NCBI GenBank assembly: GCA_050250895.1
Contig: JBFWNU010000012.1
Span: 1 to 64,000, forward strand
Direction: 5' to 3'
Source: Vulcanimicrobiota bacterium
GTDB taxonomy: Bacteria > Vulcanimicrobiota > Xenobia > Xenobiales > JADMJV01
Length of the DNA: 64,000 bases
Each line of letters starts with the position of its first letter. The stretch's first letter is position 1. Under the pieces are notes generated by a model. It saw only the letters and a program-made list of their open reading frames with translations, did no database searches and had not been told where the DNA came from. Made by a program: the position numbers and the translations under genes. Positions 1-10,200 of the stretch are shown here, piece by piece.

Positions 1-2100
1 GCCCGCCGATGTGAGGCCCTTTGCCGCCACCGGAGGTTTCACGAACGTCGCCGGTCTGGCCCTGGCCACCGCCAAAGTTGCCCCGAGGTTGTCCGCCGCC
101 CTGGCCGTCGTGGCCGAGAATCCCGCTGCCGCCGAGATTCTGGTTGGCGGCCTGATAGTCGCGTCCGCCGCCGAGGTCGCCGGGCGGCCCGCCGCCTCTG
201 GTCTGGTTGGAAAACTGCTGCGTGCCGGAATCGCCGAGCTGATGCCCGCCAAGGCCTTTGCCGCCACCGGAGGTTTCGCGGGTGCCGCCGGTCCGGCCCT
301 GGCCGCCACCAAAGTCACCACGAGGACCTCCCTCGCCGATCTGTCCACCGATGTGAGGCCCTTGGCCGCCACCGGACGTTTCACGAACGTCGCCGGTCTG
401 GCCCTGGCCACCGCCAAAGTTGCCCCGAGGTTGTCCGCCGCCCTGGCCGTCGTGGCCGAGAATCCCGCTTCCGCCGAGATTCTGGTTGGCCGCCTGATAG
501 TCGCGTCCGCCGCCGAGGTCGCCGGGCGGCCCGCCGCCTCTGGTCTGGTTAGAAAACTGCTGCGTGCCGGAATCGCCGAGCTGGTGCTCACCAAGACCTT
601 TGCCGCCGCCGGAGGTCTCGCGGGTGCCGCCGGTCCGGCCCTGACCGTCGCCGATCTGCCCGCCGATGTGAGGCCCTTTGCCGCCACCGGAGGTTTCACG
701 AACGTCGCCGGTCTGGCCCTGGCCACCGCCAAAGTTGCCCCGAGGTTGTCCGCCGCCCTGGCCGTCGTGGCCGAGAATCCCGCTTCCGCCGAGATTCTGG
801 TTGGCCGCCTGATAGTCGCGTCCGCCGCCGAGGTCGCCGGGCGGCCCGCCGCCTCTGGTCTGGTTAGAAAACTGCTGCGTGCCGGAATCGCCGAGGTGGT
901 GCCCGCCAAGGCCTTTGCCGCCACCGGAGGTTTCACGAACGTCGCCCTGGCCACCGCCAAAGTTACCCCGAGGTTGTTCGCCGCCCTGGCCGTCGTGGCC
1001 GAGAATCCCGCTGCCGCCGAGATTCTGGTTGGCGGCCTGGTAGTCGCGTCCGCCGCCGAGGTCGCCGGGGGGGCCGCCGCCTCTGGTCTGGTTGGAAAAC
1101 TGCTGCGTGCCGGAATCGCCGAGCTGATGCTCACCAAGGCCTTTGCCGCCGTCGAAAGTCTCGCGGGTGCCGCCGGTCCGGCCCTGGCCACGCCCAAAGT
1201 CACCAAGCTGTCCGCCGATGTGAGGCCCTTGGCCGCCACCGGAGGTTTCACGAACGTCGCCCTGGCCACCGCCAAAGTTACCCCGAGGTTGTGCACCGCC
1301 CTGGCCGTCGTGGCCCAGAATCCCGCTTCCGCCGAGATTCTGGTTGGCGGCCTGGTAGTCGCGTCCGCCGCCGAGGTCGCCGGGGGGGCCGCCGCCTCTG
1401 GTCTGGTTAGAAAACTGCTGCGTGCCGGAATCGCCGAGCTGATGCCCGCCAAGGCCTTTGCCGCCACCCGAGGTCTCGCGGGTGCCGCCGGTCCGGCCGC
1501 CACCAAAGTCACCACGAGGACCGCCGTCGCCGATCTGCCCGCCGATGTGAGGCCCTTTACCGCCACCGGCGGTTTCACGAACGTCGCCCTGGCCGCCACC
1601 GTTACCCCGAGGTTGTCCGCCGCCCTGGCCGTCGTGGCCGAGAATCCCGCTTCCGCCGAGATTCTGGTTGGCGGCCTGATAGTCGCGTCCGCCGCCGAAG
1701 TCGCCGAGCTGATGCCCGCCGCCTCTGGTCTGGTTGGAAAACTGCTGCGTGCCGGAATCGCCGAGCTGATGCCCGCCAAGGCCTTTGCCGCCGTCGAAGG
1801 TCTCGCGATTACCGCCGGTCCGGCCCTGGCCGCCACCGGACGTTTCACGAACGTCGCCGGTCTGACCCTGGCCACCGCCAAAGTGGCCCCGAGGTTGTCC
1901 GCCGCCCTGGCTGTCGTGACCCAGAATCCCGCTTCCGCCGAGATTCTGGTTGGCCGCCTGGTAGTCTCGTCCGCCGCCGAAGTCGCCGAGCTGATGCCCG
2001 CCGCCTCTGGTCTGGTTGGAAAACTGCTGCGTGCCGGAATCGCCGAGCTGATGTTCACCAAGGCCTTTGCCACCGTCGGAGACACCACCGGTTTGGCCCT
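1..2100 (-). repeat. Coding tandem repeat, ~315-342 bp units (QGGGQPRGNFGGGQGQTGDVRETSGGGKG / HQLGDSGTQQFSNQTRGGG / DLGGGRDYQAANQNLGGSGILGHDG)
   Basis: GATGTGAGGCC recurs at about 8, 350, 665, 1217 and 1544; unit lengths are multiples of 3. Confidence 0.9.
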
Positions 2101-5100
2101 GCCTGCCCGGCAGGCTGAACTGCTCTTGGCCGGTGTGACCGCGGCCAAGTCGGCCTGAGCCGAAGTTGTCCGTGCGCCCGTCGGGTAGGCGGACATCGCC
2201 CTGGCGTCCGGTTCGGATGGCGTCGACATGTTCGCCGTGCCCGCGAGGAGTCTCAGGCTGTTCACCGCGAGTGCCGCCGGTTTGGCCAGTTTGCTGTCCA
2301 GGCTGAATCCCGTCGCCGGGAAGCGTGGCTCCGTGGCGAGGGTGCTCGCCACGAGGTGTCTCGGGACCCCGCGCATCCCCGAGTTTGCCGTCCGACCGTT
2401 GGGGACCGCCCGGCAGGCTGAACTGGTCTTGGCCGGTGTGATCGTGGCCGAATCGGCGCCCGTCGGGTAGGCGGACATCGCCCCGATGTCCGGTCCTGAC
2501 GATTTCGCCAGGTTCGCCGTGCCGAGGCCGCTCGACTCGAGGGGTCTCGCCTTGATCGCCGCCCTTTTCGAACCGACTACTACCGCGAGGAGTCTCGGGC
2601 TGTTCATCACGAGCGCCCCCGGTTTGGCCGGCTTGCTGTCCAGGCTTGGTTCCGTCGCCGGGAAGCGTGTCGCGGTGGCGAGGCTGCTCACCCGCGCCGG
2701 CCTCGGGCCCTCGAGCGCTAGCAGCTTTCCCGGGGCGAACCTCCGACTTGGGGTGCTCGGCCGTCGGGGCCTCGATCTCCGTGCGGAAGACAGCCCCGCC
2801 GGCCGTCTGTTTTGTAGGCTGAGCATCTACCTTTGGTGCGTCTGCTTTCGGGGCTTCGACTTGGGTGCCGAGGTCCGCTCGACCCACCGCCGGCCGGTCA
2901 GGTTGAACCTCTGCCCTCGGCGCCGCCGCCATCGGGGCTTCCACTTCCGTGCGGAAGACGGCGTCCCCGGCCGCCTGTTTCTCCGGCTGAACCTCTGCCC
3001 TCGGTGCCGCCGCCTTCGGGGTTTCCACTTCCGTGCGGAAGACGGCGACGCCGGCCGCCTGTTTCTCCGGCTGAACCTCTGCCCTCGGTGCCGCCGCCTT
3101 CGGGGCTTCCACTTCCGTGCGGAAGACAGCATCGCCGGCCGTCTGCTTTGCAGGCTGAGCTTCTACCTTTGGTGCCTCTGCTTTCGGGGCTTCGGCTTGG
3201 GTGCCGAGGTCCGGTCGACCCACCGCCGGCCGGTCAGGTTGAACCTCTGCCCTCGGCGCCGCCGCCTTCGGGGCTTCCACTTCCGTGCGGAAAACGGCGT
3301 CCCCGGCCGCCTGTTTCTCCGGCTGAACCTCTGCCCTCGGTGCCGCCGCCTTCGGGGCTTCCACTTCCGTGCGGAAGACGGCGTCCCCGGCCGCCTGTTT
3401 CTCCGGCTGAGCCTCTACCCTGGGCGCTTCCACCTTAGGCGGCTCCACTTCCTTGCGGAAGTCGGCCCCACCGGCCGCCTGTTGCGCAGGCTGAGCCTCT
3501 ACCCTGGGCGCTTCCACCTTAGGCGGCTCCACTTCCGTGCGGAAGACGGCGTCGCCGGCCGCCTGTTTCTCCGGCTGAACCTCTGCCCTCGGTGGCGCCG
3601 CCTTCGGGACTTCCACTTCCGTGCGGAAGACAGCATCGCCGGCCGTCTGTTTTGTAGGCTGAGCATCTACCTTTGGTGCGTCTGCTTTCGGGGCTTCGAC
3701 TTGGGTGCCGAGGTCCGCTCGACCCACCGCCGGCCGGCCAGACTGAACCTCTGTCCTCGGTGCCGCCGCCTTCGGGGTTTCCACTTCCGTGCGGAAGACG
3801 GCGTCGCCGGCCGCCTGTTTCTCCGGCTGAACCTCTGCCCTCGGTGGCGCCGCCTTCGGGACTTCCACTTCCGTGCGGAAGACAGCATCGCCGGCCGTCT
3901 GCTTTGCAGGCTGAGCTTCTACCTTTGGTGCCTCTGCTTTCGGGACTTCGACTTGGGTGCCGAGGTCCGCTCGACCCACCGCCGGCCGGTCAGGTTGAAC
4001 CTCTGCCCTCGGCGCCGCCGCCCTCGGGGCTTCCACTTCCGTGCGGACGACGGCGTCCCCGGCCGCCTGTTTCTCCGGCTGAACCTCTGCCCTCGGTGCC
4101 GCCGCCTTCGGGGCTTCCACTTCCGTGCGGAAGACGGCGTCCCCGGCCGCCTGTTTCTCCGTCTGAACCTCTGCCCTCGGCGCCGCCGCCTTCTTCAGGG
4201 CTTCCACTTCCGTGCGGAAGACGGCGTCGCCGGCCGCCTGTTGCGCAGGCTGAGCCTCTACCCTGGGCGCTTGCACCTTAGGCGGCTCCACTTCCGCGCG
4301 GAAGACGGCGTCCCCGGCCGCCTGTTTCTCCGGCTGAACCTCTGCCCTCGGTGCCGCCGCCTTCGGGGCTTCCACTTCCGCGCGCATGACGGCGTCGCTG
4401 GCGGCTTGCTTCACAGGCTGAGCCTCTACCCTGGGCGCTTCCACCTTTGGCGGCTCCACTTCCGTGCGGAAGACAGCCCCACCGGTGGATCTCTCCGCCT
4501 GAACCTCCGCCTGTGGCAATTCGCCCTTCGGGGCTTCGACTTGGGTGCCGAGGTCCGCTCGACCCACCGCCAGTCGGCCGGCCTGAACCTCTGCCGCCGG
4601 CGCCGCCGCCTTCGGGGCTTCCACTTCCGTGCGGAAGACGGCGTCACCGGCCGCCTGTTGCGCAGGCTGAGCCTCTACCCTGGGCGCTTCCACCTTTGGC
4701 GGCTCCACTTCCGTGCGGAAGACAGCCCCACCGGTGGACCTCTCCGCCTGAACCTCCGCCTGTGGCAACTCGCCCTTCGGGGCTTCGACTTGGGTGCCGA
4801 GGTCCGCTCGACCCACCGCCGGCCGCCCAGGCTGGACCTCTGCCCTCGGTGCCGCCGCCTTCGGGGCTTCCACTTCCGCGCGGAAGACGGCGTCTCCGGC
4901 CGTCTGGTTTGCAGGCTGAGCCTCTACCCTGGGCGCTTCCACCTTGGGCGGCTCCACTTCCGTGCGGAATTCGGGCGCGCGCGTCTCGGCCTGAAGTTCA
5001 GCTTTGGGCGGTACGGGCTCTTCGGCCACTACGGGAGCGGCTAGCTCGGGTCGGGGCTTCTCGGCGGGGGCGGCCTCGGCGGAGGGCGTTTCCGGGGGGG

Positions 5101-6046
5101 TGGCCCGGGCCGGAGCGGCCGGAGGGTCCGCGACGTCGGCCGTGATCAGGTCGACCGACATCGAATCGTAGGACCATTCCAGGTCGGTGGGGTCCTGGTT
5201 GGCCGGGGGTAGGGGCTGCTTGAGGGTGGGGGTGTCGACCTCGAACGTCTCGCTGGGGGTGGGGCGCCAAGCATCGGGGGCCTCCTCGAAGAGGCTGGCC
5301 GGCTCGGCCTCTTCGATCTCGGTGGCCAGATCGGCGACCCGCTGGGGACTGCTGAACTGGACGCGCTCGCGGGTGCCGACGCCTTCGATCGACTTGGCCC
5401 GGGGAGCTTCCTTTTCGTCTTCCTCGTCCTCGTCTTCTTCTCGCTCGTTACGACCCTGGCCGCCGCCTTCCGAGTCGTCATCGAAGTGCATCTCGTCGTC
5501 GAGAAAGTCGTCGATGTCCTCGAGTTCGATCTCCTCGTGGGTCTCGTGGACTTCCTTGTCTTCCTGGTCTTCCCACTCGTCGATTTCGCCGTGCTCGTCG
5601 AGGGCTTCATGATAGGCTTCGTCGGCGGCGTGGGCGCGTTCACGAGCGCGCAGTTCGCGACTCTCCTGCCAGTCTTCGGACATCTCCTGGGCCTGCTCAT
5701 GAAACTCTTCCGCCGCGTCCTCGACGGCATCTTGCTCGAGTTCTCGCTGCTGCTCGCGGACCTCGCCGGTCCAGGCTTCCGAGGCGGCTTGCCGGACCGG
5801 GACTTCCTCGGGGGCTGTATCGGGCTGGCGAGGGGCGGGCTTCTCCGCCTCTTCTCCGCCAGCGAAGCTGCGCAGGCCTTCTTCGATCTCGCTCGACCAG
5901 AGGGCCATCATCACACGGTCGGGCCTCTTGCTGGACTGATCAGGACTATCGGTAACGGGTTTTGAGGTCGGCCGCGAATTGATATTGGCGGCCTGGGTTG
6001 CCAGGCTTTGCTGCTGTCGAGCTAGATTGTTGAGTTGCCAGGTCAC
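1..6046 (-). CDS. Giant low-complexity repeat protein (>2,015 aa, 3' end outside window): acidic N-terminus, ~27 x 28-aa Pro/Ala/Glu repeats, then ~105-114-aa Gly/Gln/Arg-rich repeats
   Basis: GTG at 6046 preceded by GAGGA; reads MTWQLNNLARQQQSLATQAANINSRP... No in-frame stop in the segments I translated, and the ORF track lists no closed ORF in this frame. The + ORFs 11-2158, 2486-5044 and 5486-5965 are all its antisense frame. Confidence 0.85.
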   Translation of the reverse strand, partial: MTWQLNNLARQQQSLATQAANINSRPTSKPVTDSPDQSSKRPDRVMMALWSSEIEEGLRSFAGGEEAEKPAPRQPDTAPEEVPVRQAASEAWTGEVREQQRELEQDAVEDAAEEFHEQAQEMSEDWQESRELRARERAHAADEAYHEALDEHGEIDEWEDQEDKEVHETHEEIELEDIDDFLDDEMHFDDDSEGGGQGRNEREEDEDEEDEKEAPRAKSIEGVGTRERVQFSSPQRVADLATEIEEAEPASLFEEAPDAWRPTPSETFEVDTPTLKQPLPPANQDPTDLEWSYDSMSVDLITADVADPPAAPARATPPETPSAEAAPAEKPRPELAAPVVAEEPVPPKAELQAETRAPEFRTEVEPPKVEAPRVEAQPANQTAGDAVFRAEVEAPKAAAPRAEVQPGRPAVGRADLGTQVEAPKGELPQAEVQAERSTGGAVFRTEVEPPKVEAPRVEAQPAQQAAGDAVFRTEVEAPKAAAPAAEVQAGRLAVGRADLGTQVEAPKGELPQAEVQAERSTGGAVFRTEVEPPKVEAPRVEAQPVKQAASDAVMRAEVEAPKAAAPRAEVQPEKQAAGDAVFRAEVEPPKVQAPRVEAQPAQQAAGDAVFRTEVEALKKAAAPRAEVQTEKQAAGDAVFRTEVEAPKAAAPRAEVQPEKQAAGDAVVRTEVEAPRAAAPRAEVQPDRPAVGRADLGTQVEVPKAEAPKVEAQPAKQTAGDAVFRTEVEVPKAAPPRAEVQPEKQAAGDAVFRTEVETPKAAAPRTEVQSGRPAVGRADLGTQVEAPKADAPKVDAQPTKQTAGDAVFRTEVEVPKAAPPRAEVQPEKQAAGDAVFRTEVEPPKVEAPRVEAQPAQQAAGGADFRKEVEPPKVEAPRVEAQPEKQAAGDAVFRTEVEAPKAAAPRAEVQPEKQAAGDAVFRTEVEAPKAAAPRAEVQPDRPAVGRPDLGTQAEAPKAEAPKVEAQPAKQTAGDAVFRTEVEAPKAAAPRAEVQPEKQAAGVAVFRTEVETPKAAAPRAEVQPEKQAAGDAVFRTEVEAPMAAAPRAEVQPDRPAVGRADLGTQVEAPKADAPKVDAQPTKQTAGGAVFRTEIEAPTAEHPKSEVRPGKAASARGPEAGAGEQPRHRDTLPGDGTKPGQQAGQTGGARDEQPETPRGSSRFEKGGDQGETPRVERPRHGEPGEIVRTGHRGDVRLPDGRRFGHDHTGQDQFSLPGGPQRSDGKLGDARGPETPRGEHPRHGATLPGDGIQPGQQTGQTGGTRGEQPETPRGHGEHVDAIRTGRQGDVRLPDGRTDNFGSGRLGRGHTGQEQFSLPGRQGQTGGVSDGGKGLGEHQLGDSGTQQFSNQTRGGGHQLGDFGGGRDYQAANQNLGGSGILGHDSQGGGQPRGHFGGGQGQTGDVRETSGGGQGRTGGNRETFDGGKGLGGHQLGDSGTQQFSNQTRGGGHQLGDFGGGRDYQAANQNLGGSGILGHDGQGGGQPRGNGGGQGDVRETAGGGKGPHIGGQIGDGGPRGDFGGGRTGGTRETSGGGKGLGGHQLGDSGTQQFSNQTRGGGPPGDLGGGRDYQAANQNLGGSGILGHDGQGGAQPRGNFGGGQGDVRETSGGGQGPHIGGQLGDFGRGQGRTGGTRETFDGGKGLGEHQLGDSGTQQFSNQTRGGGPPGDLGGGRDYQAANQNLGGSGILGHDGQGGEQPRGNFGGGQGDVRETSGGGKGLGGHHLGDSGTQQFSNQTRGGGPPGDLGGGRDYQAANQNLGGSGILGHDGQGGGQPRGNFGGGQGQTGDVRETSGGGKGPHIGGQIGDGQGRTGGTRETSGGGKGLGEHQLGDSGTQQFSNQTRGGGPPGDLGGGRDYQAANQNLGGSGILGHDGQGGGQPRGNFGGGQGQTGDVRETSGGGQGPHIGGQIGEGGPRGDFGGGQGRTGGTRETSGGGKGLGGHQLGDSGTQQFSNQTRGGGPPGDLGGGRDYQAANQNLGGSGILGHDGQGGGQPRGNFGGGQGQTGDVRETSGGGKGPHIGG
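2740..5000 (-). repeat. Coding tandem repeat, 84-bp (28-aa) units, e.g. AVFRTEVEAPKAAAPRAEVQPEKQAAGD
   Basis: CCACTTCCGTGCGGAAGAC recurs at 2941, 3025, 3109 etc.; an identical block at 2801 and 3641 shows 840-bp higher-order periodicity. Confidence 0.92.
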
Positions 6047-6176
6047 CGATGAAGTCCTCGACTATCTTTTCACGCCGGTCATCGACTCCGTAAAGGTCCT
6101 TTTGTTAAATCCATTGGGGTCTTTGTGAACATTTCTTGAGCTGTCGAAGCATAGGGGTTTAGGTGGCGATTTGGGC

Positions 6177-6599
6177 TCACTGAGTGGTGTCCTCATCGGG
6201 CGGGGCCTGGGTGACCTGGAAGGGATACTTCATGATCGGGGCACCGTTGAGGTGGATTTCGACTTGATGCTCGCCAGCGGCCGGAAACTCGATTCCCTGG
6301 ATGAAATGCACCGAGAGGTAGGGCGTTTTCGGGTCTTCGAGGGTGAACGGACGGTCCCCGGTGTCGAGCAGGAGTTTGCCCTCGGGGCCCTGGATGGTGA
6401 GCCGCTGTTGAAACTCTCCCTGGCCGCCCACCCAGCCGTTGGTAATGAAAAAACCGGCGGTCTCAGGAAAGCGATAGGGGAAATGGTCGAGGGGGAGTTC
6501 GTAGAAGACGAAGACGAAGGACGGTGGTCCTTTCGTCTCGTCAAACCCCAGGCTCAACACCGAGTATTGAAGGAAAGGCTCTACGAGTTCGGGGTTCAC
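6177..6599 (-). CDS. Hypothetical beta-sandwich protein (DUF6941-like), 140 aa
   Basis: GTG at 6599 overlaps the upstream TAG; C-terminal IEFPAAGEHQVEIHLNG...YPFQV pattern. Confidence 0.65.
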   Translation of the reverse strand: MNPELVEPFLQYSVLSLGFDETKGPPSFVFVFYELPLDHFPYRFPETAGFFITNGWVGGQGEFQQRLTIQGPEGKLLLDTGDRPFTLEDPKTPYLSVHFIQGIEFPAAGEHQVEIHLNGAPIMKYPFQVTQAPPDEDTTQ

Positions 6600-7225
6600 T
6601 AGCGCTCCCTGGAAAGGTAGTTTTCTTCTGTTCGACGGGGGGCTTGACTTGACCCGCCTGGGTTGGCGACTTGACTGAGAAAAGAGCGAGCGTGGCGGGC
6701 GGCCCGATGCTGGATGGCCCGGCCCAGGGGAAGGATTAGCCAGGCCAGCCACATCCCCGGGTGGGACCAGGCATGGATGGTGAGTCGGACCTCTCCGGTG
6801 ACGATATCCTTGCTGACCTCGAAGGTCTCTTCGCCGGTCTCGGGGTGGTGCGGCAGGGTGCGATAGACAAAGCCGCTGCGCACCTGTGGTTCGCCCTCAC
6901 GGCGGGTCACTTCGATGACCCGCGAGGCAAAGAAGATGTCGAGGCCCGGTAAGAAGCGGTAGCGCAGGCCGACGGTGTCGCCGAGCTGAAGTGGCTCGCC
7001 GGCCAGCACCGGCAATCCGATCCCGGGCCCGAAGATGCGATAGCCAAAGATGGAGCGCTCTACCCGTTCGAAGGGGCCGTTGGGGACGGGAGGGCCGGGT
7101 GGCTCCTGAGCGAGTCGGACGCTCATATGGTCGCGAAAGGCCCAGTCTGGAGCCCGCAGATCGGGCAGAGAGCGGGCCTGCCAGCGGGCCAGATCGTGGG
7201 CTTGCCAGGGAAGCAGGATCTGCAT
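6599..7225 (-). CDS. DUF1990 family protein
   Basis: GFVYRTLPHHPETGEETFEV motif and IHAWSHP...W; ATG at 7225 avoids overlap with the divergent gene. Confidence 0.75.
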   Translation of the reverse strand: MQILLPWQAHDLARWQARSLPDLRAPDWAFRDHMSVRLAQEPPGPPVPNGPFERVERSIFGYRIFGPGIGLPVLAGEPLQLGDTVGLRYRFLPGLDIFFASRVIEVTRREGEPQVRSGFVYRTLPHHPETGEETFEVSKDIVTGEVRLTIHAWSHPGMWLAWLILPLGRAIQHRAARHARSFLSQVANPGGSSQAPRRTEENYLSRER

Positions 7226-7273
7226 GCCCGGGAGGTTCCCCGTGGTGGACCCGGAAGACCTCCTGGCAACGCG

Positions 7274-10200
7274 ATGCTCAACTGCCTCGAACCTGAGTGC
7301 ATAGGGTGGCACCTGCTACCTTCCGACCAGTTTTGCGCCTGGTGCGGCAGCCAGCTGGCCGAACTGTCCATGGTCTTTGAAGAGAAGGTCGGCGAAGCCT
7401 GGCATCGCCTCGAGCCTCCGCTCCTGGTGCGTGACCAGCGACCGGCCCTGCGGCTGGTCATTCGCCATGTCGGCCGCTCGGGCTCGGTCGGCTTTGACCC
7501 GGCCCGCATCGAGTGCTCGGCCAGCTGGTTCGGACTTGACCTCAGTCAGGTCAAGCAAAAGGTCCTGCGCTCGGGTGACGAGGTGACCATCCCCGTCAAT
7601 CGCCTGAAGGTTCCCGGCAAAGATGACTCGTTTCAAGAGGCGCGCATTCGCTTCGGTTCAGGCAAAGTGCAGGCATCGGTCACGGTGCTCTTTGTGCCGG
7701 CCCCGATCTTTCAGCTTGAGCTAGCCTCTGAAACCATTCTGCTGTTGCCCGACGAGACGGCCGTCATCGACGCCTCCTTGCGCATCACCCAGGGCAAGGC
7801 CGTGCTGGTGAATCCACCCAGCTTCCGAGGTCGTTGGGTGGAACTCGAGTTCGAGTCAGAGAACCTCTTTCCCCTCGAACTCGATGCCCGCGGTAAGTCG
7901 CGGCTGCCGATGCGTCTGCGAGTGCATGACGATACCGTTCAGCAGCTGCGTGAGAGTGCCTTGGGACGGCAGCAAGAGACCCTGCGTCGGGGCGGTTTGC
8001 TGAGCCTGGCCGGCATGCTTCCCAAAGTGGGAGAGCAAGAGCCACAACTGCCCGTCGAGGTAAGCTTTCTGCTCGGGCCAGAGCTGTTCGTCGAGCCCTT
8101 CCGAGAGCGTTCCCGGTTGGATGTAACGCGGGTTCGAGGACTGCAGGACGAGCAAGAGCTGATTCTCAAGATTTCTAACGGCACTCCGGGAACGCGCGGA
8201 CGGATCGAACTGGTGGTCCGCCACCTCGACGTGGAGTACGGGCGGGGCGGGACCGACTGGGTGGAGTTTTCCCCCGACGCCTTTCCCATGCAGATTGGCA
8301 GCGGTGAGTCGCGAGAGCTGAAGTTGCGGCTGCTGGGTCATCGGGTAGCCGAGCAGGACACGGCCAGGCTGGCTTTCGTCAGCAACGACCCGGCCGGACG
8401 CGACTATTTCTTGCGCCTCGAGATGCGACCGGCCGCGCCCTATCCAGGCTGGGTGGTCATCGACCTTGGCACCAGCAACACTTGTGCGGCTCTGGTCGAT
8501 GCCAACCAGGCTGCCGAGTTGGTCGAGTTCGAGCGCGAGCAGGTCGAAGCGACCAACCTGCCTTCGGTCATCTGCTATCTAGAGTTGGCCCGCCAACGCT
8601 TGTATGAGGTGGGAACGTGGGCCTGGGAGCGGTCGACCCACCCGGCCGCGGCTCGTTCGGTGGTGGTCGCGGCCAAGCGCTATCTGGGGGATGAGCACCG
8701 CTTCGAGGTGGTGCCGGTCGATGAACCGGCCGAGACGTTCGAGCTGGCCGCCGAGGATGTGGTGACCGATCTGTTGGCCTACACCCTGAAGAGCGCCACC
8801 GAAATGTTGCTCAAGCGAGACACCAGCGGCGTCGTTCTCAATCGGGTGCTCATCTGCCATCCCTCGCGCTTTTCGGTCCACCAGATCGAACAACTCAAGG
8901 CGGCCGTCATCCGGGCCCAACGCCATCTGCTTGGCCCCGACCAGGAACTGGAAGAACCCCGCACCTTGCAAGAACCGATCGGGGCGGCTCTGCATTTTCT
9001 CAATCGCTGGGAGAGCCATGCCTGGGTCCATCAGCGGAAGAATTCCGACGAGGCGGAGTATAGCTTGTTGGTCTACGACTTTGGCGGCGGAACGCTGGAT
9101 ATCACCCTCGTTCGGGTCCGCTCGCGCCGCCGCGTGCGCGACGCTTCGGGCAGCCCGGCCGCCCTGACCGAGAGTCTGGCCGACTGGGTCAGAGAACGCT
9201 GCGAAGAGTTGGCTGGACCTCGTTATCAGGTCACCTCGGAGCAGGCCGAGGCGAATGATTATCTCATCGACAAGTTCGTGGCCTCGATGGTGGCGGCGCT
9301 GGGCGGCGGCGAGACAGTGGTGGGGCTGGTCGACAACCCGCTGGTGGGCGAGAAGCTGACCCTTACCCTGGAGCGGGATGGCGAAGAGGTGGAGAAGAGC
9401 TTCGCTCGCAACCGATTGTTGGAGCGTAGCGGCGAGCTCGAGCAACTGGTCGCCCAACGGGCGGTGGCCGAGGAGCATCCTTATTCCTACACGGTAGAGC
9501 CCGAGGTGCTGGGAGCGACCGGGGACCGCTGGTTGGGCGGCGAGGATGTCACCGCCATCACCCAGCAGTTGTTGGCCGATCGCTTGTTGGCCGCCGTTCG
9601 CGAGGTCGAACCCGATTCTACCGTCGTCTTGCCGCTGGGCGAAGAGCTCGAGGCCCCCGAGATGGCCCTCACCGGTCGTCGCAACCTCAACCTGTTGCGC
9701 AACTGGGCCGAGCGCCTCAAAGTGCTGCTTTCGGAAGGGGCAGGGGAGGAGGCCATCCGGTCCACTTTTCAGAGCGTCCATTTTTGGGTCGACGGGGCCG
9801 AGCAGTTGATTCCGGGCACGGTGCTCTGGAAGCAGGCCGGCTATCCTTCTCTGGATGAGATCCAGCGAGGCATCGCGCCCCGTCTGGAAGGTAGCGTCGC
9901 CATCGTGGCCCGCCTGCTCGAGCAGCACCAGCAGGACGAGCCCGAGGTGGTTTTGCGAGTCGGCCGGGCCTCGAAGCTTCCGTTGGTAGAGCAGGTGCTG
10001 CAGAAGGCCTATCCCCGGGCGCGCCATCTGGCTCCCGAGCGGGCCAAGCAGTGCGTGGTCGAGGGGGCGGCCACCTTTCCTATCCCGGGCCACGCCGGGG
10101 GGGGCGTGCAACTTTCGCGAGGGGCACGCCGGGCCGGAGTGCGCGTGCGATTGCGGTCGAATAGCCTGGTGGCCACCACCAGTCGTCTGGGCCTGAAGGT

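Noticed and set aside
2740-5000. Regularly spaced repeats as a possible CRISPR array
   Set aside because: The whole 84-bp unit is repeated with no unique spacers, it is in frame and coding, and there are no cas genes
11-5965. Long + strand ORFs 11-2158, 2486-5044 (Arg/Cys/His-rich repeats) and 5486-5965
   Set aside because: All are in the antisense register of one continuous minus-strand frame, which has a plausible RBS and composition
6075-6110. Possible sigma28-like promoter (GTCGATGA) upstream of the giant repeat gene
   Set aside because: The -35 element and spacing do not fit TAAA-N15-GCCGATAA well
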